Positions 63,080-64,000 of a stretch of 64,000 bases of DNA are shown here, in pieces. Positions within the stretch are counted from its first letter, which is position 1; each line of letters begins with the position of its first letter. The stretch lies in assembly GCA_045863235.1 (NCBI GenBank), contig BTUM01000004.1, positions 1 to 64,000 on the forward strand, in the 5' to 3' direction. This DNA comes from Candidatus Xenobia bacterium. GTDB lineage: Bacteria; Vulcanimicrobiota; Xenobia; Xenobiales; QWHO01. The notes under the pieces were generated by a model, which had not been told where the DNA came from, did not search any database, and worked only from the letters and a program-made list of their open reading frames with translations. A program made the position numbers and the translations under genes.

Positions 63080-63811
63080 ATGCTGAAAGAGGCGGCGAAG
63101 ATCCTTACCGTGCGGTTCTTTCTCCCCATCGCTCTTCTGCTTCTCGTGGGCCTGGCCCAGGATTGGCGCCGTTTAGAGCCGATTTCCCCGCCTCCAGCGG
63201 GGATGGTGCTCGTTCCGGCGGGCGAGTTCTGGATGGGCAGCGATGACCCCCGGGCCGACGAGGAGTCGCGGCCCCTGCACAGGGTCCGACTGCCGGCTTT
63301 CTACATCGACCGCACCGAGGTGACCAACCGCCAGGTGCGCTCGGTCAAGCCGGACTTCGCCTTCCCCGAGGGGCGCGAGGACCATCCGGCCACTGGCCTG
63401 ACCCGAGAGCAAGCCGAGCAGGTGCTGTCGGCCCTGGGCAAGCGCCTGCCCACCGGGGCCGAGTGGGAGAAGGCGGCCCGGGGCGAGGATGCTCGCACCT
63501 ACCCCTGGGGCGAGCATCCTCCCGAGGGGAGAGCCAACGTGGGGCGCATCGGCGAGCACAAGTGCGCCAGCCTCTCCCTGCAACCGGTGGGGAGCTATCC
63601 TCAGGGAGCCAGCCCTTACGGCTGCCTGGACATGATCGGCAACGCCTTCGAGTGGGTCTCTGACGACCACCCCGGCCCTCCCGTGCGCCACATCCTGCGC
63701 GGGGGGGCCATCGGCTACCCCGAGCGCTACTGCACCACCTACGCCGTGACCATCGAGGACACCGGCGTTACCTGAAACGAAGTCGGTTTTCGCGGAGCGA
63801 AGACACCATGA
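63080..63811 (+). CDS. FGE/SUMF1-fold exported protein with in-frame TGA (candidate selenocysteine) at 63773-63775
   Basis: MVLVPAGEFWMGS, FYIDRTEVTN, RLPTGAEWEKAARG, DMIGNAFEW, RGG; after TGA the frame continues NEVGFRGAKTP to a stop at 63809-63811. Confidence 0.8.
63786..63804 (+). promoter_or_regulatory. Candidate bacterial SECIS hairpin
   Basis: GUUUUCGC-GGA-GCGAAGAC; 18 nt separate the UGA from the loop. Confidence 0.55.
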
Positions 63812-64000
63812 CCTTGACAAAGCTGGTTCTGAAGGCGCTCTTGCTGGTGCTCCTGGGTTACACCCTGGGCACCCTGATCGTGTTCTGCCGCCTGCGCCCC
63901 CTGGTGGTGCTGCTCTACGCGGCCCCGGTCGGCCTGCTGCTCTATCTCTTGGCCCGCAAGATCCGCTCGCTGGGGCCGGCCAGGGAGCCCGAACGGGAAT
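63808..64000 (+). CDS. Membrane protein, truncated by window end
   Basis: MTLTKLVLKALLLVLLGYTLG...; ATG overlaps TGA 63809-63811; open to the window end. Confidence 0.65.
   Translation, partial: MTLTKLVLKALLLVLLGYTLGTLIVFCRLRPLVVLLYAAPVGLLLYLLARKIRSLGPAREPERE

Overview
GC-rich bacterial chromosomal segment with about 58 genes and no rRNA, tRNA or CRISPR array that I can recognise. It carries an outer-membrane TolC but a four-domain, Gram-positive-type S1, so it looks like a diderm Terrabacteria lineage, possibly Ca. Eremiobacterota/Vulcanimicrobiota (inference only). Ordinary content: rpsA-coaE-slt, glgB, an ABC-2/HlyD/TolC exporter, two-component systems, a sulfite dehydrogenase with cytochrome c and YeiH, minor pilins, a FadF-like Fe-S oxidoreductase and two S8 proteases. 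Most notable: (1) a candidate N-N bond (hydrazine) biosynthetic locus at 3153-9562, with a cupin-MetRS-like fusion, a DAO-family oxidase and a VlmH-like ACAD-fold N-hydroxylase candidate in place of the usual lysine N-monooxygenase; (2) an FGE/SUMF1-fold gene whose in-frame TGA is followed by the missing GFR motif, a SECIS-like hairpin and an ATGA overlap, which suggests a selenoprotein; (3) a full-length PolA at the canonical locus with degenerate polymerase motifs A, B and C; (4) signal-peptide-less, effector-like proteins with HrpF/NolX-like repeats, shared N-terminal QPQESF and C-terminal IGGVxVxxR motifs and a shared sigma28-like promoter; (5) a highly structured polA-rpsA spacer and several readable operator arrays. 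All family assignments come from motif recognition by eye; no database search was run.
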